Notes under the pieces: model-generated
What the model was told of the DNA's origin: nothing
The model's database searches: none
The model's input: only the letters and a program-made list of their open reading frames with translations
DNA from: Chloroflexota bacterium
GTDB taxonomy: Bacteria; Chloroflexota; UBA11872
Direction: 5' to 3'
Assembly: GCA_028874175.1 (NCBI GenBank)
Contig: JAPPLN010000010.1
Coordinates: forward strand, 6,827-70,826
DNA length: 64,000 bases
Translations under genes and position numbers: made by a program
Shown here: positions 1 to 8,711 of the stretch, in pieces
Numbering within the stretch: the first letter of the stretch is position 1
How the letters are laid out: every line of letters begins with the position of its first letter

Positions 1-786
1 AAGCTGACCGACGAAGTCCACCTCGCCCCGGCCCACGCACTCCCAGGCAATCAGGCCGGTCGAATGATCGACCACGCTCGCATCCTTGATGTGGACGTGC
101 TCGGTCCAGGGTTGGGCGATCGCGTACCCGGGCGGGAAGGGGTTGCCGCCAGAAACGAAGTCATTGGAGGGGTCCCAGTTCAGCTTGACGCGGGGGTGGT
201 CGGTGGCTTCCAGGATGCGCACGGTGTTGACGGCGGTGTTGCCCCAGCAGCTCCGGACGTTCTCGACCAGGAGGGTGATGCCAGCGGCCTCGGCGCGGTC
301 GCCGGCGTCGCGCAGCACGGCCGCGATTCCAGCCAGGCGGTCGGCCGGCACGGGTCCACCATCGGGCAGGCGGGGGCTTGGATTACCCATGCCGACCATG
401 TCGTCACGGCGGCAGGAGAAAATTCGGACAAACGGCGACCCAAGGGCCTGGGCGACGCGGATGCCGCCTTCGAGTTCGATGCGGTGCTGGTCCCAGCCGT
501 CGATCGACGCCAGCTCGCCCACGTCGCCGGGCGGCAGGATGAGGACCTTAAAGGCCTGCGTGCCGACGGCGGATACGTTGAGGCCGGCGCGATCGACGGC
601 GGCGCGGGTGCGATCGACGAGGGTGTCGTCGCACTCGAAGGCCGCGCGGCCCCAGAAGTCCTCGATTTCGATCTGGGACATGCCCAGGTCGGCGGCGACG
701 TCCACGCCGACGTTGACATCCGGAGAGATCTCGCTGTTGACCACGCCGACCGAGAACGTAAGGTTGCTGTCGATTCGGTTCGACAC
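1..786 (-). CDS. Sugar phosphate isomerase/epimerase (xylose isomerase-like TIM barrel); C-terminus runs off the window edge
   Basis: Not in the ORF track (no stop inside the window). Hand translation of the minus strand from GTG 786-784 stays open to base 1 (262 codons): VSNRIDSNLTFSVGVVNSEI...AGITLLVENVRSCWGNTAVNTVRILEATDHPRVKLNWDPSNDF...EHVHIKDA. This is typical of AP-endonuclease-2/xylose-isomerase-like TIM barrels. The listed 64..894 + ORF is its antisense shadow. Confidence 0.7.
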   Translation of the reverse strand, partial: MSNRIDSNLTFSVGVVNSEISPDVNVGVDVAADLGMSQIEIEDFWGRAAFECDDTLVDRTRAAVDRAGLNVSAVGTQAFKVLILPPGDVGELASIDGWDQHRIELEGGIRVAQALGSPFVRIFSCRRDDMVGMGNPSPRLPDGGPVPADRLAGIAAVLRDAGDRAEAAGITLLVENVRSCWGNTAVNTVRILEATDHPRVKLNWDPSNDFVSGGNPFPPGYAIAQPWTEHVHIKDASVVDHSTGLIAWECVGRGEVDFVGQL

Positions 787-787
787 G

Positions 788-1012
788 TCAGGCCGCCGTA
801 CTTCGAGACCAGAACGACATCAGCAATTCCTCCGCTTCGGTGCGCCGGTCCACCGCCGCACGCAGCGCCTTCATGTCCAGGCCCTGGCTGCTGACGGAAA
901 CACCGCGCAGATGTTCAGCCACATCGTTCGAGGCTCGGGTCCAGCTTTGCATGAGGCTGCGGAGTTCGCGGGCCTGCTCCCGCGTCAGCGCCATGGGCGG
1001 CTCTCCGGGCAC
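788..1012 (-). CDS. Hypothetical small protein (74 aa)
   Basis: ORF-track ORF. Its stop (790-788) lies 1 nt before the GTG of the downstream isomerase gene on the same strand. Helical, charged sequence; no family recognised. Confidence 0.3.
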   Translation of the reverse strand: MPGEPPMALTREQARELRSLMQSWTRASNDVAEHLRGVSVSSQGLDMKALRAAVDRRTEAEELLMSFWSRSTAA

Positions 1013-1165
1013 GTAGGTGCGCGAGCGTAGCGCGTCCAGAGTCGTGGCGGACGGGGCTTTGGCGGAAAAGAGCCGGTGGTAGACTCCGCTTCTTGTTACC
1101 GGCGTGCGCCGCTCAGGGGATTTTTGGCGTCCGCCGACGCTCGCCCCTTAGCCACGGGAGGGCCA

Positions 1166-1684
1166 ATGGCGATTCATGCTGGCGCGCCGCGTCGCTCGAC
1201 GCTTGCGCCCGGGGACCACGCCAAGCTGGACGACCTGCGAGCGCGCCTGGCCGATCTCAAGGACGAGCCGGGCGCCACGCTGGAAGCGCTGTACGCGGCG
1301 CAGGCCGTCTTTTCGTACGTGCCGCCGGAGGCGGTAACGATGATCGCCGAGGAGCTCCGGCTGCCGGAGAGTGAAGTCTTCGGCGTACTGACGTTCTACA
1401 CGATGTTCCACCGCAAGCCCTCAGCCAAGTATGTGCTGAGGGTCTGCCGGGACCTGAGCTGTCACATATCAGGCGCTCCCGTGGTGTTGAACGCCTTAAA
1501 CGAAGCGCTGGGCACGCGGGTTAGCGAGGTGACCGAGGACGGGCTGTTTGAGACCGAGTCAGTCTCCTGCCTGGGCCTGTGCGATCTGCAGCCGGCGGTG
1601 ATGGTGAACCTGGAGCAACACGGTCCGCTGGACGCGGAAAAGGCCCGCAGCCTGCTGGCCGACCTGCGCGCGCGAGAAGCCTGA
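1166..1684 (+). CDS. nuoE: NADH dehydrogenase 24-kDa subunit-like [2Fe-2S] protein (NuoE/HoxE family)
   Basis: Part of ORF 1076..1684; ATG 1166 preferred (GGGAGGG a few nt upstream). FYTMFHRKP, VCRDLSCHISG and SCLGLCDLQPAVMVN supply the four Cys of the NuoE-type 2Fe-2S site. Confidence 0.85.
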   Translation: MAIHAGAPRRSTLAPGDHAKLDDLRARLADLKDEPGATLEALYAAQAVFSYVPPEAVTMIAEELRLPESEVFGVLTFYTMFHRKPSAKYVLRVCRDLSCHISGAPVVLNALNEALGTRVSEVTEDGLFETESVSCLGLCDLQPAVMVNLEQHGPLDAEKARSLLADLRAREA

Positions 1685-2931
1685 TGGAACTCGTCGTCAC
1701 CAAGAACTTCGGGAATCCCCAGTCGTGGACGCTGGAGAGTTATCGCAAGGCGGGCGGGTACCAGGCCCTGGAGAAGGTCCTCAACGAGATGACGCCCGAG
1801 GACGTCTCGGAACTGGTCAAAGAGTCAGGGCTTAGCGGTCGCGGTGGGGCGTTTTTCCCCACCGGGCTGAAGTGGCAGTTCGTGCGATCGGATCCCAAGA
1901 CTCCGCGCTACGTGGTGATCAATGGCGACGAGAGCGAGCCGGGCACGTACGTGAACCGCTACTCGCTGGAACTCGACCCGCACCTGATGCTGGAAGGGAT
2001 GCTGATCGCGGCCTACGCCTGCAACGCGACGCTGGGATACGTGTATATCCGCGGCGAGTACGGGCTGGCGCACGAGCGCACGCAGGCGGCGATCCGCGAG
2101 GCCTACGAGGCGGGCTACCTGGGCCAAAGCATCATGGGCAACGAAGGCTTCGACTTCGAGGTCACGTTCCGCCGCGGGGCCGGGGCGTACATCGTTGGCG
2201 AGGAGACCGCGCTGTTTAACTCGCTGGAAGGCAAGCGCGGGAACCCGCGTTATAAGCCGCCGTTCCCGACCAATGTGGGCGTTTGGGGGCTGCCGACGGC
2301 GATCAACAACGTGGAGACGCTATCGGCGGCGCCGGCAATCATCCAGAACGGGGCCGAGTGGTTCCAGAACCTGGGGCACGGCGAGGCGACCGGCACCAAG
2401 ATGTATTGCCTGTCGGGCCGGGTGGCCAAGCCCGGCGTGCATGAACTCCCGCTGGGCACGACGGCGCGCGAATTGATCTACGATTACGGCGGCGGGGTGC
2501 TGGACGGGCGGCCGCTGAAGGGCTTCAAGCCGGGCGGCGCATCTTCGGCGGCGCTGGGTCCCGAGCACCTGGACGCACCGCTGGAGCCGCGTTCGATGGC
2601 AGAGCTGGGCACCATCATGGGTACCGGCGGGGTCGTCGTCTACGACGATACGGTCTGCATGGTGGACGCGGCCTACCGGGACGCACTTTTCTTCGAGGAG
2701 GAGAGTTGCGGGTTCTGCATACCCTGCCGCGAAGGTACCCCCAACCTTGTACAGATCCTGGAGCGAATCATGCACGGGCAGGGAACCATGGACGACCTGG
2801 ACCTGCTGGAAGACCTGGGCGCGAGCATGATGTCCTCGTTCTGCGGCCTAGGGCAGTTTGCGCACCAGCCGGTGCGCGGGGCCGTGCGGGCGTTTCGCGA
2901 CGAATTTGAGGCGTACATTCTGGGCCGTTAG
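1684..2931 (+). CDS. nuoF: NADH dehydrogenase 51-kDa FMN/NAD-binding subunit (NuoF/HoxF family)
   Basis: In-frame ATG 1684 inside ORF 1579..2931 overlaps the nuoE stop (TGATG). Motifs: GRGGAFFPTGLKW (FMN/NADH site) and ESCGFCIPCREGT (4Fe-4S). Confidence 0.9.
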   Translation: MELVVTKNFGNPQSWTLESYRKAGGYQALEKVLNEMTPEDVSELVKESGLSGRGGAFFPTGLKWQFVRSDPKTPRYVVINGDESEPGTYVNRYSLELDPHLMLEGMLIAAYACNATLGYVYIRGEYGLAHERTQAAIREAYEAGYLGQSIMGNEGFDFEVTFRRGAGAYIVGEETALFNSLEGKRGNPRYKPPFPTNVGVWGLPTAINNVETLSAAPAIIQNGAEWFQNLGHGEATGTKMYCLSGRVAKPGVHELPLGTTARELIYDYGGGVLDGRPLKGFKPGGASSAALGPEHLDAPLEPRSMAELGTIMGTGGVVVYDDTVCMVDAAYRDALFFEEESCGFCIPCREGTPNLVQILERIMHGQGTMDDLDLLEDLGASMMSSFCGLGQFAHQPVRGAVRAFRDEFEAYILGR

Positions 2932-3012
2932 TGCGAGGCGGGCGTCTGCCAGTTCTCGAACAGCGGGCGGCTGGCCTAAGCGGTATTAGGGTATCGGTGA
3001 ATCGGCTGGCGC

Positions 3013-3774
3013 TTAGCTCGAGGTCTTCGTTTCCCGTCCCTCTTCGGCGTCCTCGGTCCAACGAAAGTCACAGCGGTCGTTGTAGTCGCAGTAGCGGCAG
3101 TGTTTGCCCGGAGTCGGTTTGAAGTCGGCGGCGCCAACACGCTCGGCCAGCGCCTGGTAGCGGTTGAGCACGTCGTCGGCGACGGCGGGGTCGGGTGACT
3201 GGGAAATGCCCTGGTTGTCGGTGAGGTAGTAGACGGTGAGTCGCGACACGGCGCTGTTGAAGCCACGCTCGAGCGCGAGCGCGTAGGTGTGGAGCTGGGT
3301 GCGCAGGCGGCCGGGTAGTTCCGTGGGGCGGCTGCCGCTCTTGTAGTCGATGACTTCAAGGCCGTCGGACCGCTGGTCGACGCGGTCGATGACGCCTTCC
3401 ACGGTGTAGGCGTCGTCCGATCGCAGGCGCAGGCGGAAGCGCCGTTCAAGCATGACGGGGCGGCCCGGGGCGTGGCCGCGGGCAGACCAGAAGCCGTCAA
3501 GGAGTTCGTGGCCGCGCTCCCAGATGTCGGGGAAGCGCTCGCGGTTCAGGCGCGGGGCCTCGCGCCAGTAGGCGGCGTGCAGCTCGTGGAGGTCGGCGCG
3601 GGTGAGGCGGACGCCGTCGCACAGGCGCGCGAAGGCGCGGTGCAGGACCGAATGGACGATGGCGCCGACGGTGAGGCGAGGGGAGAACGGGATGGGGATG
3701 CGCTCGACGTAACGGAAGCGGTAGGCGTAGGGGCAGAACTCGTAGAGGGCGAGCTTGGTGAAGCTCAGGCGCAT
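3013..3774 (-). CDS. PD-(D/E)XK nuclease, Cas4/RecB-like with Fe-S cysteines
   Basis: 253-aa ORF. Motifs: EFCPYAY near the N-terminus, IDRVDQRSDGLEVIDYKSG (D...D-x-K block), QLHTYALAL (QxxxY) and C-terminal CRYCDYNDRC. This is the 1+3 Cys pattern of Cas4/AddB-type nucleases. Confidence 0.8.
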   Translation of the reverse strand: MRLSFTKLALYEFCPYAYRFRYVERIPIPFSPRLTVGAIVHSVLHRAFARLCDGVRLTRADLHELHAAYWREAPRLNRERFPDIWERGHELLDGFWSARGHAPGRPVMLERRFRLRLRSDDAYTVEGVIDRVDQRSDGLEVIDYKSGSRPTELPGRLRTQLHTYALALERGFNSAVSRLTVYYLTDNQGISQSPDPAVADDVLNRYQALAERVGAADFKPTPGKHCRYCDYNDRCDFRWTEDAEEGRETKTSS

Positions 3775-3786
3775 GGGGGCGGCATT

Positions 3787-4923
3787 CTACGGAGAGTCCG
3801 CCGAGCTGGACGCGGAGTAGGACGGGCGGCGGCCGGCGGCCGTGTAGGCGCGGCGCAGAACAGCTTCGGCGGGCTTGCCGTTGGGTGGGAATGCGGAGTC
3901 TTTGGCGTCGGTCGAATCGGGGTCCCAGCGCCACCAGAAAACACCCTGCAGGGCCTCGCGACGGTAGGGCAAACCGAAGAAGGCGGTGTAGAGGTTGGCC
4001 TGGAGATCGGAGTCGACTTCGTGCGGCTTGACCGGATCGGCGGCGCGGGGCTGGGAGGCGGCGGTAGCGGCGCTGCGGTAGCCGAGTTCGGTGAAGAGCA
4101 CGGGAATGTCCAGGCCCTTCCTCTTGCGCCATTGCTCGATTTCGTCCAGCCAGACATTCCAGGCGTCAGCGAGCTGAGCGTGGCTGATCTGGCGATCCGC
4201 CAGCGGGAAGTAGGCGTTGATGCCGATGAAGTCCAGATCGTCCCAGAAAGGCACGTCGGCGTAACCGCCCAATTTGGCTGAGGGTGCGTGGCTGGCCGCG
4301 TAGGTCAGGGGTCCGCTGAAGCGCCCCCTGACGTCGGCTATCAGCTTGCGCCAGTCTTCGGCCCGCGCGGCCTCGGAGAACCCCAGGTCGGTACCGAGAC
4401 AGAGCAAGTCGGCGTCTCCTTGAGCGGCCAGGTCGGCATAGCGCTGCGTCATCAGCGTGTAGTCGGCAAACCAAGTCGCGAGGTCTGCGGGCCGGATGTC
4501 GCCGCGCCAGACGCCGTCGTCGGTGTTGACGAATGGTTTGAGCATGACGCGCAGGCCAGCGGCGTGAGCCTGATCGATCAACTGCCGGATGTCACCGTCC
4601 GGGGGTGTTCGCGCGGAGTCCGGGCTGATGTGGGATGCGTCGCTGGTTGCCTGATACCAGCCGGGAGCAATCGACACCCAGTCCGCGCCAGTTGCCGCGG
4701 ATGACTCGACCAGCCGGCCGGCTCGCTGCTGGGCAAAGTCGGTTCCGGAGAGTCCGGCAAGGGTGAGGCCATGCATGAAGGGGGCGTCGGTGGGATCGCG
4801 GCGGCTGACGCCGGCGAAGCCGCAGGCGGCAAGGGCGACGGCAGCCGCGGTGAGCGTCGCACCGGATAGGAGCGTGCGGCGGCCAAGGGACGAAGCTACG
4901 CGCCTGCTCTTCGGCGCCGACAT
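3787..4923 (-). CDS. Putative secreted/lipoprotein glycoside hydrolase (clan GH-A-like TIM barrel)
   Basis: 378-aa ORF with signal peptide plus lipobox-like LAACG. Motifs DQAHAAGLRVMLKP, GINAYFP, VLFTELGY and VFWWRWDPDS resemble GH5/GH113-like beta-glycanases. The exact family was not determined. Confidence 0.6.
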   Translation of the reverse strand: MSAPKSRRVASSLGRRTLLSGATLTAAAVALAACGFAGVSRRDPTDAPFMHGLTLAGLSGTDFAQQRAGRLVESSAATGADWVSIAPGWYQATSDASHISPDSARTPPDGDIRQLIDQAHAAGLRVMLKPFVNTDDGVWRGDIRPADLATWFADYTLMTQRYADLAAQGDADLLCLGTDLGFSEAARAEDWRKLIADVRGRFSGPLTYAASHAPSAKLGGYADVPFWDDLDFIGINAYFPLADRQISHAQLADAWNVWLDEIEQWRKRKGLDIPVLFTELGYRSAATAASQPRAADPVKPHEVDSDLQANLYTAFFGLPYRREALQGVFWWRWDPDSTDAKDSAFPPNGKPAEAVLRRAYTAAGRRPSYSASSSADSP

Positions 4924-4947
4924 TGGGAAAGGCTCAGGCAGCGGAGG

Positions 4948-5292
4948 CTAGCGGCCGAGGATCCAGCGCACGTCCTCGCTCATCATTTCTTCGTTCCACA
5001 TGGGGTTGAAAGTGAGATCGATCTCGGCCTTGCGCACGTGGTCCAGGGACTCGGCTTCCTGTTTGACCTGCTGCAGGATGTACGGCCCGGCCGGGCAGCC
5101 GGGAGTGGTCAGCGTCATGGTGACGGTGGCGCGTTCGTCGCCGTCAGCGGCCGCGGGTTCGCCTTCGCCGGGGACGTACGGGACGACGTCGACCTCATAG
5201 ATCAAGCCCAGGTCGACAATGTTGATGCCGATTTCCGGGTCGATGACGGTACGTAGCTGGTCTCTGACCTGGTCGGGGGTTGTGGTAGCCAC
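4948..5292 (-). CDS. DUF59 / SufT-like Fe-S assembly protein (MIP18 family)
   Basis: 114 aa. Motifs: VRDQLRTVIDPEIGINIVDLGLIY and MTLTTPGCPAGP with the conserved Cys. Confidence 0.85.
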   Translation of the reverse strand: MATTTPDQVRDQLRTVIDPEIGINIVDLGLIYEVDVVPYVPGEGEPAAADGDERATVTMTLTTPGCPAGPYILQQVKQEAESLDHVRKAEIDLTFNPMWNEEMMSEDVRWILGR

Positions 5293-5383
5293 GGGGATTC
5301 TCGCTTTCAGGAGTCACCAGCAAGCTTGGCAGCCGGCCAAGGGCGCGACAAGGCCCGAATGCCGATCCTTGGCCGGCAAGGGG

Positions 5384-6112
5384 TCAGCCGGCCTCGTAGC
5401 CGGGGAGGATGCGGACGCCGGGATAGTTGACGGCGCGGCCGGCTTCGATTTCGAGACGGTGGTCCCATTCGACCTTGTGCACGCGATAGGCCCAGGCGGC
5501 TTGTTCCTTGTCCCACCAGACCTCCGCCCAATGGGCCACGCTGGCCCATTGCGGCTCGTATTTCAGACCGACGCTGCCGGGGCGAAGGATGGTGGTGGTC
5601 TTGTATTCGAGCTGGAGCGGCGCGTGGATGTGGCCAACAACCATCAAGGCGGGGGGGTTGGGACCGATCAAGCGCTCGAGCTCATTAGCCGGCGTGTCGG
5701 CCCAGATGAAGTCCTGCAGGTTGACGCCGTTGGCGTGGGCGAGCAGCAACGCCGGTCCGTTGTCCACTTGCAGCCGCAACGTCTCAGGCAGGGCCGCGGA
5801 ATGTTCTCGCAGGTCCTTCGGGACACGCTTCATCGTCCAGTCGAATACGGCCAGGATCAGATCGCGACGCAGCCCCCGACCGGGCACCGCCTTGAACGAG
5901 CCGATTTCCAGATCGCGTTCGGTGTCGCCTTTGAGCATCGTCACTCCAGCGGACTCCAATGCGTCCCAGGTTTCCATTGGACGCGGACCGCCGCAGATCT
6001 GGTCGCCACCCGAGACCACGACTTGAAACGGCCCGTGCGTGCGGATGTCGTCCAGGACCGCGCGCAGGGCGGTGAGGTTGGCGTGTACGTCGGTGAGAAC
6101 CGCGATTCGCAT
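5384..6112 (-). CDS. Metallophosphoesterase (YfcE/MJ0936-like)
   Basis: MRIAVLTDVHANL (DxH), SGGDQ (GD), VVGHIHAP (GHxH). Confidence 0.8.
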   Translation of the reverse strand: MRIAVLTDVHANLTALRAVLDDIRTHGPFQVVVSGGDQICGGPRPMETWDALESAGVTMLKGDTERDLEIGSFKAVPGRGLRRDLILAVFDWTMKRVPKDLREHSAALPETLRLQVDNGPALLLAHANGVNLQDFIWADTPANELERLIGPNPPALMVVGHIHAPLQLEYKTTTILRPGSVGLKYEPQWASVAHWAEVWWDKEQAAWAYRVHKVEWDHRLEIEAGRAVNYPGVRILPGYEAG

Positions 6113-6265
6113 GCAGCGGCCGAGGGGGCGGGCTCCGGGCCGGACCCGCGACGGGGCGGCACTCGGAAAAGGGCTTGTTCAGCCTAAGCAGCGCGCGCCG
6201 GGGCTGGCAACAGAATTGACCCAGGCGGCCGGTTCCCCGCTAACCTGTGTTAAGCTCTGCGTGAG

Positions 6266-6297
6266 CGCGACGCCGTTCCGTGCGTCGCGTCCTTTTT
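6266..6297 (+). promoter_or_regulatory. Terminator-like hairpin in the rpmI leader (possible attenuator)
   Basis: CGCGACGC (6266-6273) pairs with GCGTCGCG (6282-6289), 8-nt loop. A T5 run (6293-6297) follows, ending 7 nt before the rpmI ATG. Confidence 0.4.
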
Positions 6298-6304
6298 GTC
6301 CCCA

Positions 6305-6502
6305 ATGCCGAAACTCAAAACCCGGAAAGCTGCCGCCAAACGCCTGCGCCGCACGCGGCGCGGCAAGATCACGTCCGCCAAGTCGTGGGCGGGTCCGTAC
6401 CGGCGGCGTAAGAGCCGGCGCGCGCGGCGCGCGAAGAACCGTGAACACGCGCTGCCGCCGGGGCAGCGGCGGCAAGCTGAACGCTTGCTGGCGGCGAACT
6501 GA
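6305..6502 (+). CDS. rpmI: 50S ribosomal protein L35
   Basis: MPKLKTRKAAAKRLRRT...; ATG 6305 lies inside ORF 6296..6502. Confidence 0.9.
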   Translation: MPKLKTRKAAAKRLRRTRRGKITSAKSWAGPYRRRKSRRARRAKNREHALPPGQRRQAERLLAAN

Positions 6503-6511
6503 GGCAGACGA

Positions 6512-6865
6512 ATGGCTCGGGTTAAACGCGGTGTAACCAAGCGCCGCCGCCATAAGAAGGTGCTAAAAGCCGTGCGCGGACATCGCGGCGCGCGCAGCCG
6601 GCACTTCCGTGCCGCGCATGAGGAACTCATGCACGCGCGGCAGTACGCCTACCGTGACCGCCGGGCTCGGAAGCGGCAGATGCGGCGCCTCTGGATCATG
6701 CGAATCAACGCCGGCGCCCGGCTGCATGGGCTGACCTACAGCACGTTCATCCGGGGCTTGCAGGCCGCGAACGTCACGCTTGACCGGAAGGCGTTGGCAG
6801 ACTTGGCGGCCAACGAGCCAGAAGCCTTCGAAGCTCTCGCCGACACCGCTCGAGCCGCGGCCTAG
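6512..6865 (+). CDS. rplT: 50S ribosomal protein L20
   Basis: [30 protein letters not shown]...[23 protein letters not shown]. Confidence 0.95.
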   Translation: MARVKRGVTKRRRHKKVLKAVRGHRGARSRHFRAAHEELMHARQYAYRDRRARKRQMRRLWIMRINAGARLHGLTYSTFIRGLQAANVTLDRKALADLAANEPEAFEALADTARAAA

Positions 6866-6898
6866 CCCGCCGAGCTCCCGCGCGGTCGCGGTTCCGCC

Positions 6899-7678
6899 GT
6901 GATAACCAGCGTTCGCAATCCGCAGGTGGCATTGGCGCGTCGCCTGCATCGCGCCTCGGTTCGACAGCGCGACGGGCTGATCCTGCTGGAAGGCCCACGT
7001 TTGGTGCTGGAAGCCGCGCAGGCCAAGATCCTCCAGGCCGTCCTGGTGGCGGACTACCCCAAGCCCGACGTCAAGCTGGCAGCGGACGCGGCGGCGGAGG
7101 CCGGGGCGCGGGTGCTAGCGGCCGCGCCGCACGTGCTGGCGGCGGCTGCCGACAGCGCTTCGCGGCAAGCCATCGTGGCGATCGGTCGACGTCCCCAGGT
7201 CGCGACGCCGAGTGGCACTCCTTTGATCCTGGTAATCGACGGTGTTCAGGATCCGGGGAATGTGGGAACACTGGTCAGGTCGGGCGCGGCCGCCGGGGCG
7301 ACGTTGATTGTGCGAACGCCGGGCAGCGCGGATCCATTTGGTCCCAAGGCGCTGCGCGCCGGTGTGGGCGCGCACTTCCGGGTCCCGATTCATGACGCGG
7401 CCGAGCCGAACGACCTTCAGCCGTTGGCGGAAGGCGTCGACCTTTACGAGGCATCGGCCAACGCCGAGCGCGCGTATCACGGCATCGACTGGACCGGCCC
7501 CCGCGGGCTGGTGGTGGGCGCCGAGACGCGTGGCGTGTCATCCGCCTGGCGCGCGGCCTGCCGAGGCACGGTCGGGGTACCGATGGAACATGGCGTGGAG
7601 TCGCTGAATGCGGGGGCGGCGGCCGCCGTTATCCTGTTCGAGGCCGCGCGGCAGCGCGCGGCAATCCCCCAGAGCTGA
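6899..7678 (+). CDS. TrmH/SpoU-family RNA 2'-O-methyltransferase
   Basis: GTG start. Motifs: VIDGVQDPGNVGTLVRS, LVVGAETRGVS and VPMEHGVESLNAGAAAAVILFE (SpoU motifs 1-3). Confidence 0.8.
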   Translation: MITSVRNPQVALARRLHRASVRQRDGLILLEGPRLVLEAAQAKILQAVLVADYPKPDVKLAADAAAEAGARVLAAAPHVLAAAADSASRQAIVAIGRRPQVATPSGTPLILVIDGVQDPGNVGTLVRSGAAAGATLIVRTPGSADPFGPKALRAGVGAHFRVPIHDAAEPNDLQPLAEGVDLYEASANAERAYHGIDWTGPRGLVVGAETRGVSSAWRAACRGTVGVPMEHGVESLNAGAAAAVILFEAARQRAAIPQS

Positions 7679-7685
7679 CCCGACG

Positions 7686-8708
7686 GTGCAAGAGCGACTT
7701 GACACCCTGCTGAGCGCCGCGCGCGCGGAACTGGCCGCCGCCGCGGACGACGCGGTGCTGGAGCAATGGCGCGTGACGCACCTGGGCCGCCGCAGCGAAG
7801 TCACCGGCTTGCTGCGTTCGGTCGGCAGCCTACCGCGCGAGGAACGGCGCGCCGCCGGTCAGGCCGCCAACGCCGCGCGACGGGAACTGGAAGCGGCCTT
7901 CGAGGTCCGCCAATCGGAACTGCGGCGCGGCGCCGACGGCGCGCAAGTGGACGTGACCATGCCCGGCTATCCGGTCCGCCTGGGCAGCCTGCATCCACTG
8001 ACACGAACCCTGCGCGAGATTCGCCGGGTACTGGCGCCGCTGGGCTTCCGGGCCATCAGCGGTCCCGAGGTGGAGTGGGACCGCTACAACTTCGAATTGC
8101 TGAACATCCCGGCCGACCACCCGGCGCGGGATATGTGGGACACGTTCCACATCGACGACAAGGCTCGACCGGGAGAGTTGCTGCTGCGAACCCACACATC
8201 CCCCGTCCAGGCGCGGGTGATGGAGCAGATCAGACCACCGGTTCGGGTGATCGTGCCCGGGAAGGTCTATCGCTACGAGGACCGCGACGCTTCGCACGAG
8301 GCCGAGTTCATGCAGGTGGAGGGGCTGGCCATCGACAAGCACATCACCATGGCCGACCTGCGCGGGACGCTGACATATTTCGTGCGCGCCATGTTCGGCC
8401 CCGACCGCGAACTGCGCATTCGGGCCAGCTACTTCCCCTTCACGGAACCCAGCGCCGAGGCCGAGATGTCCTGTCACGCCTGCGACGGCGACGGCTGCCC
8501 GGTGTGCGGCGGGACCGGCTGGATCGAGATCCTGGGTTCGGGAATGGTGCATCCGAAGGTGCTCGCCGACGTGGGCTACGACCCCGACGCGTACCAGGGC
8601 TTCGCCTTTGGCATGGGCGTAGAGCGAATTGCCATGCTGAAGTACGGCGTGACGGATATCCGTTCCTTCTACCGCAACGACCTGCGGTTCCTGCGGCAGT
8701 TGCGCTGA
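7686..8708 (+). CDS. pheS: Phenylalanine--tRNA ligase alpha subunit
   Basis: GTG 7686 inside ORF 7608..8708. Motifs: HPARDMWDTF, FPFTEPSAE, GFAFGMGVERIAMLKYG. Confidence 0.95.
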   Translation: MQERLDTLLSAARAELAAAADDAVLEQWRVTHLGRRSEVTGLLRSVGSLPREERRAAGQAANAARRELEAAFEVRQSELRRGADGAQVDVTMPGYPVRLGSLHPLTRTLREIRRVLAPLGFRAISGPEVEWDRYNFELLNIPADHPARDMWDTFHIDDKARPGELLLRTHTSPVQARVMEQIRPPVRVIVPGKVYRYEDRDASHEAEFMQVEGLAIDKHITMADLRGTLTYFVRAMFGPDRELRIRASYFPFTEPSAEAEMSCHACDGDGCPVCGGTGWIEILGSGMVHPKVLADVGYDPDAYQGFAFGMGVERIAMLKYGVTDIRSFYRNDLRFLRQLR

Positions 8709-8711
8709 GCC

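Noticed and set aside
64-894. 276-aa plus-strand ORF (and 86..1030, 180..719)
   Set aside because: Gly/Ala/Val/Asp-rich shadow ORFs antisense to or out of frame with the clearly protein-like minus-strand isomerase frame (1..786). This is typical of high-GC DNA.
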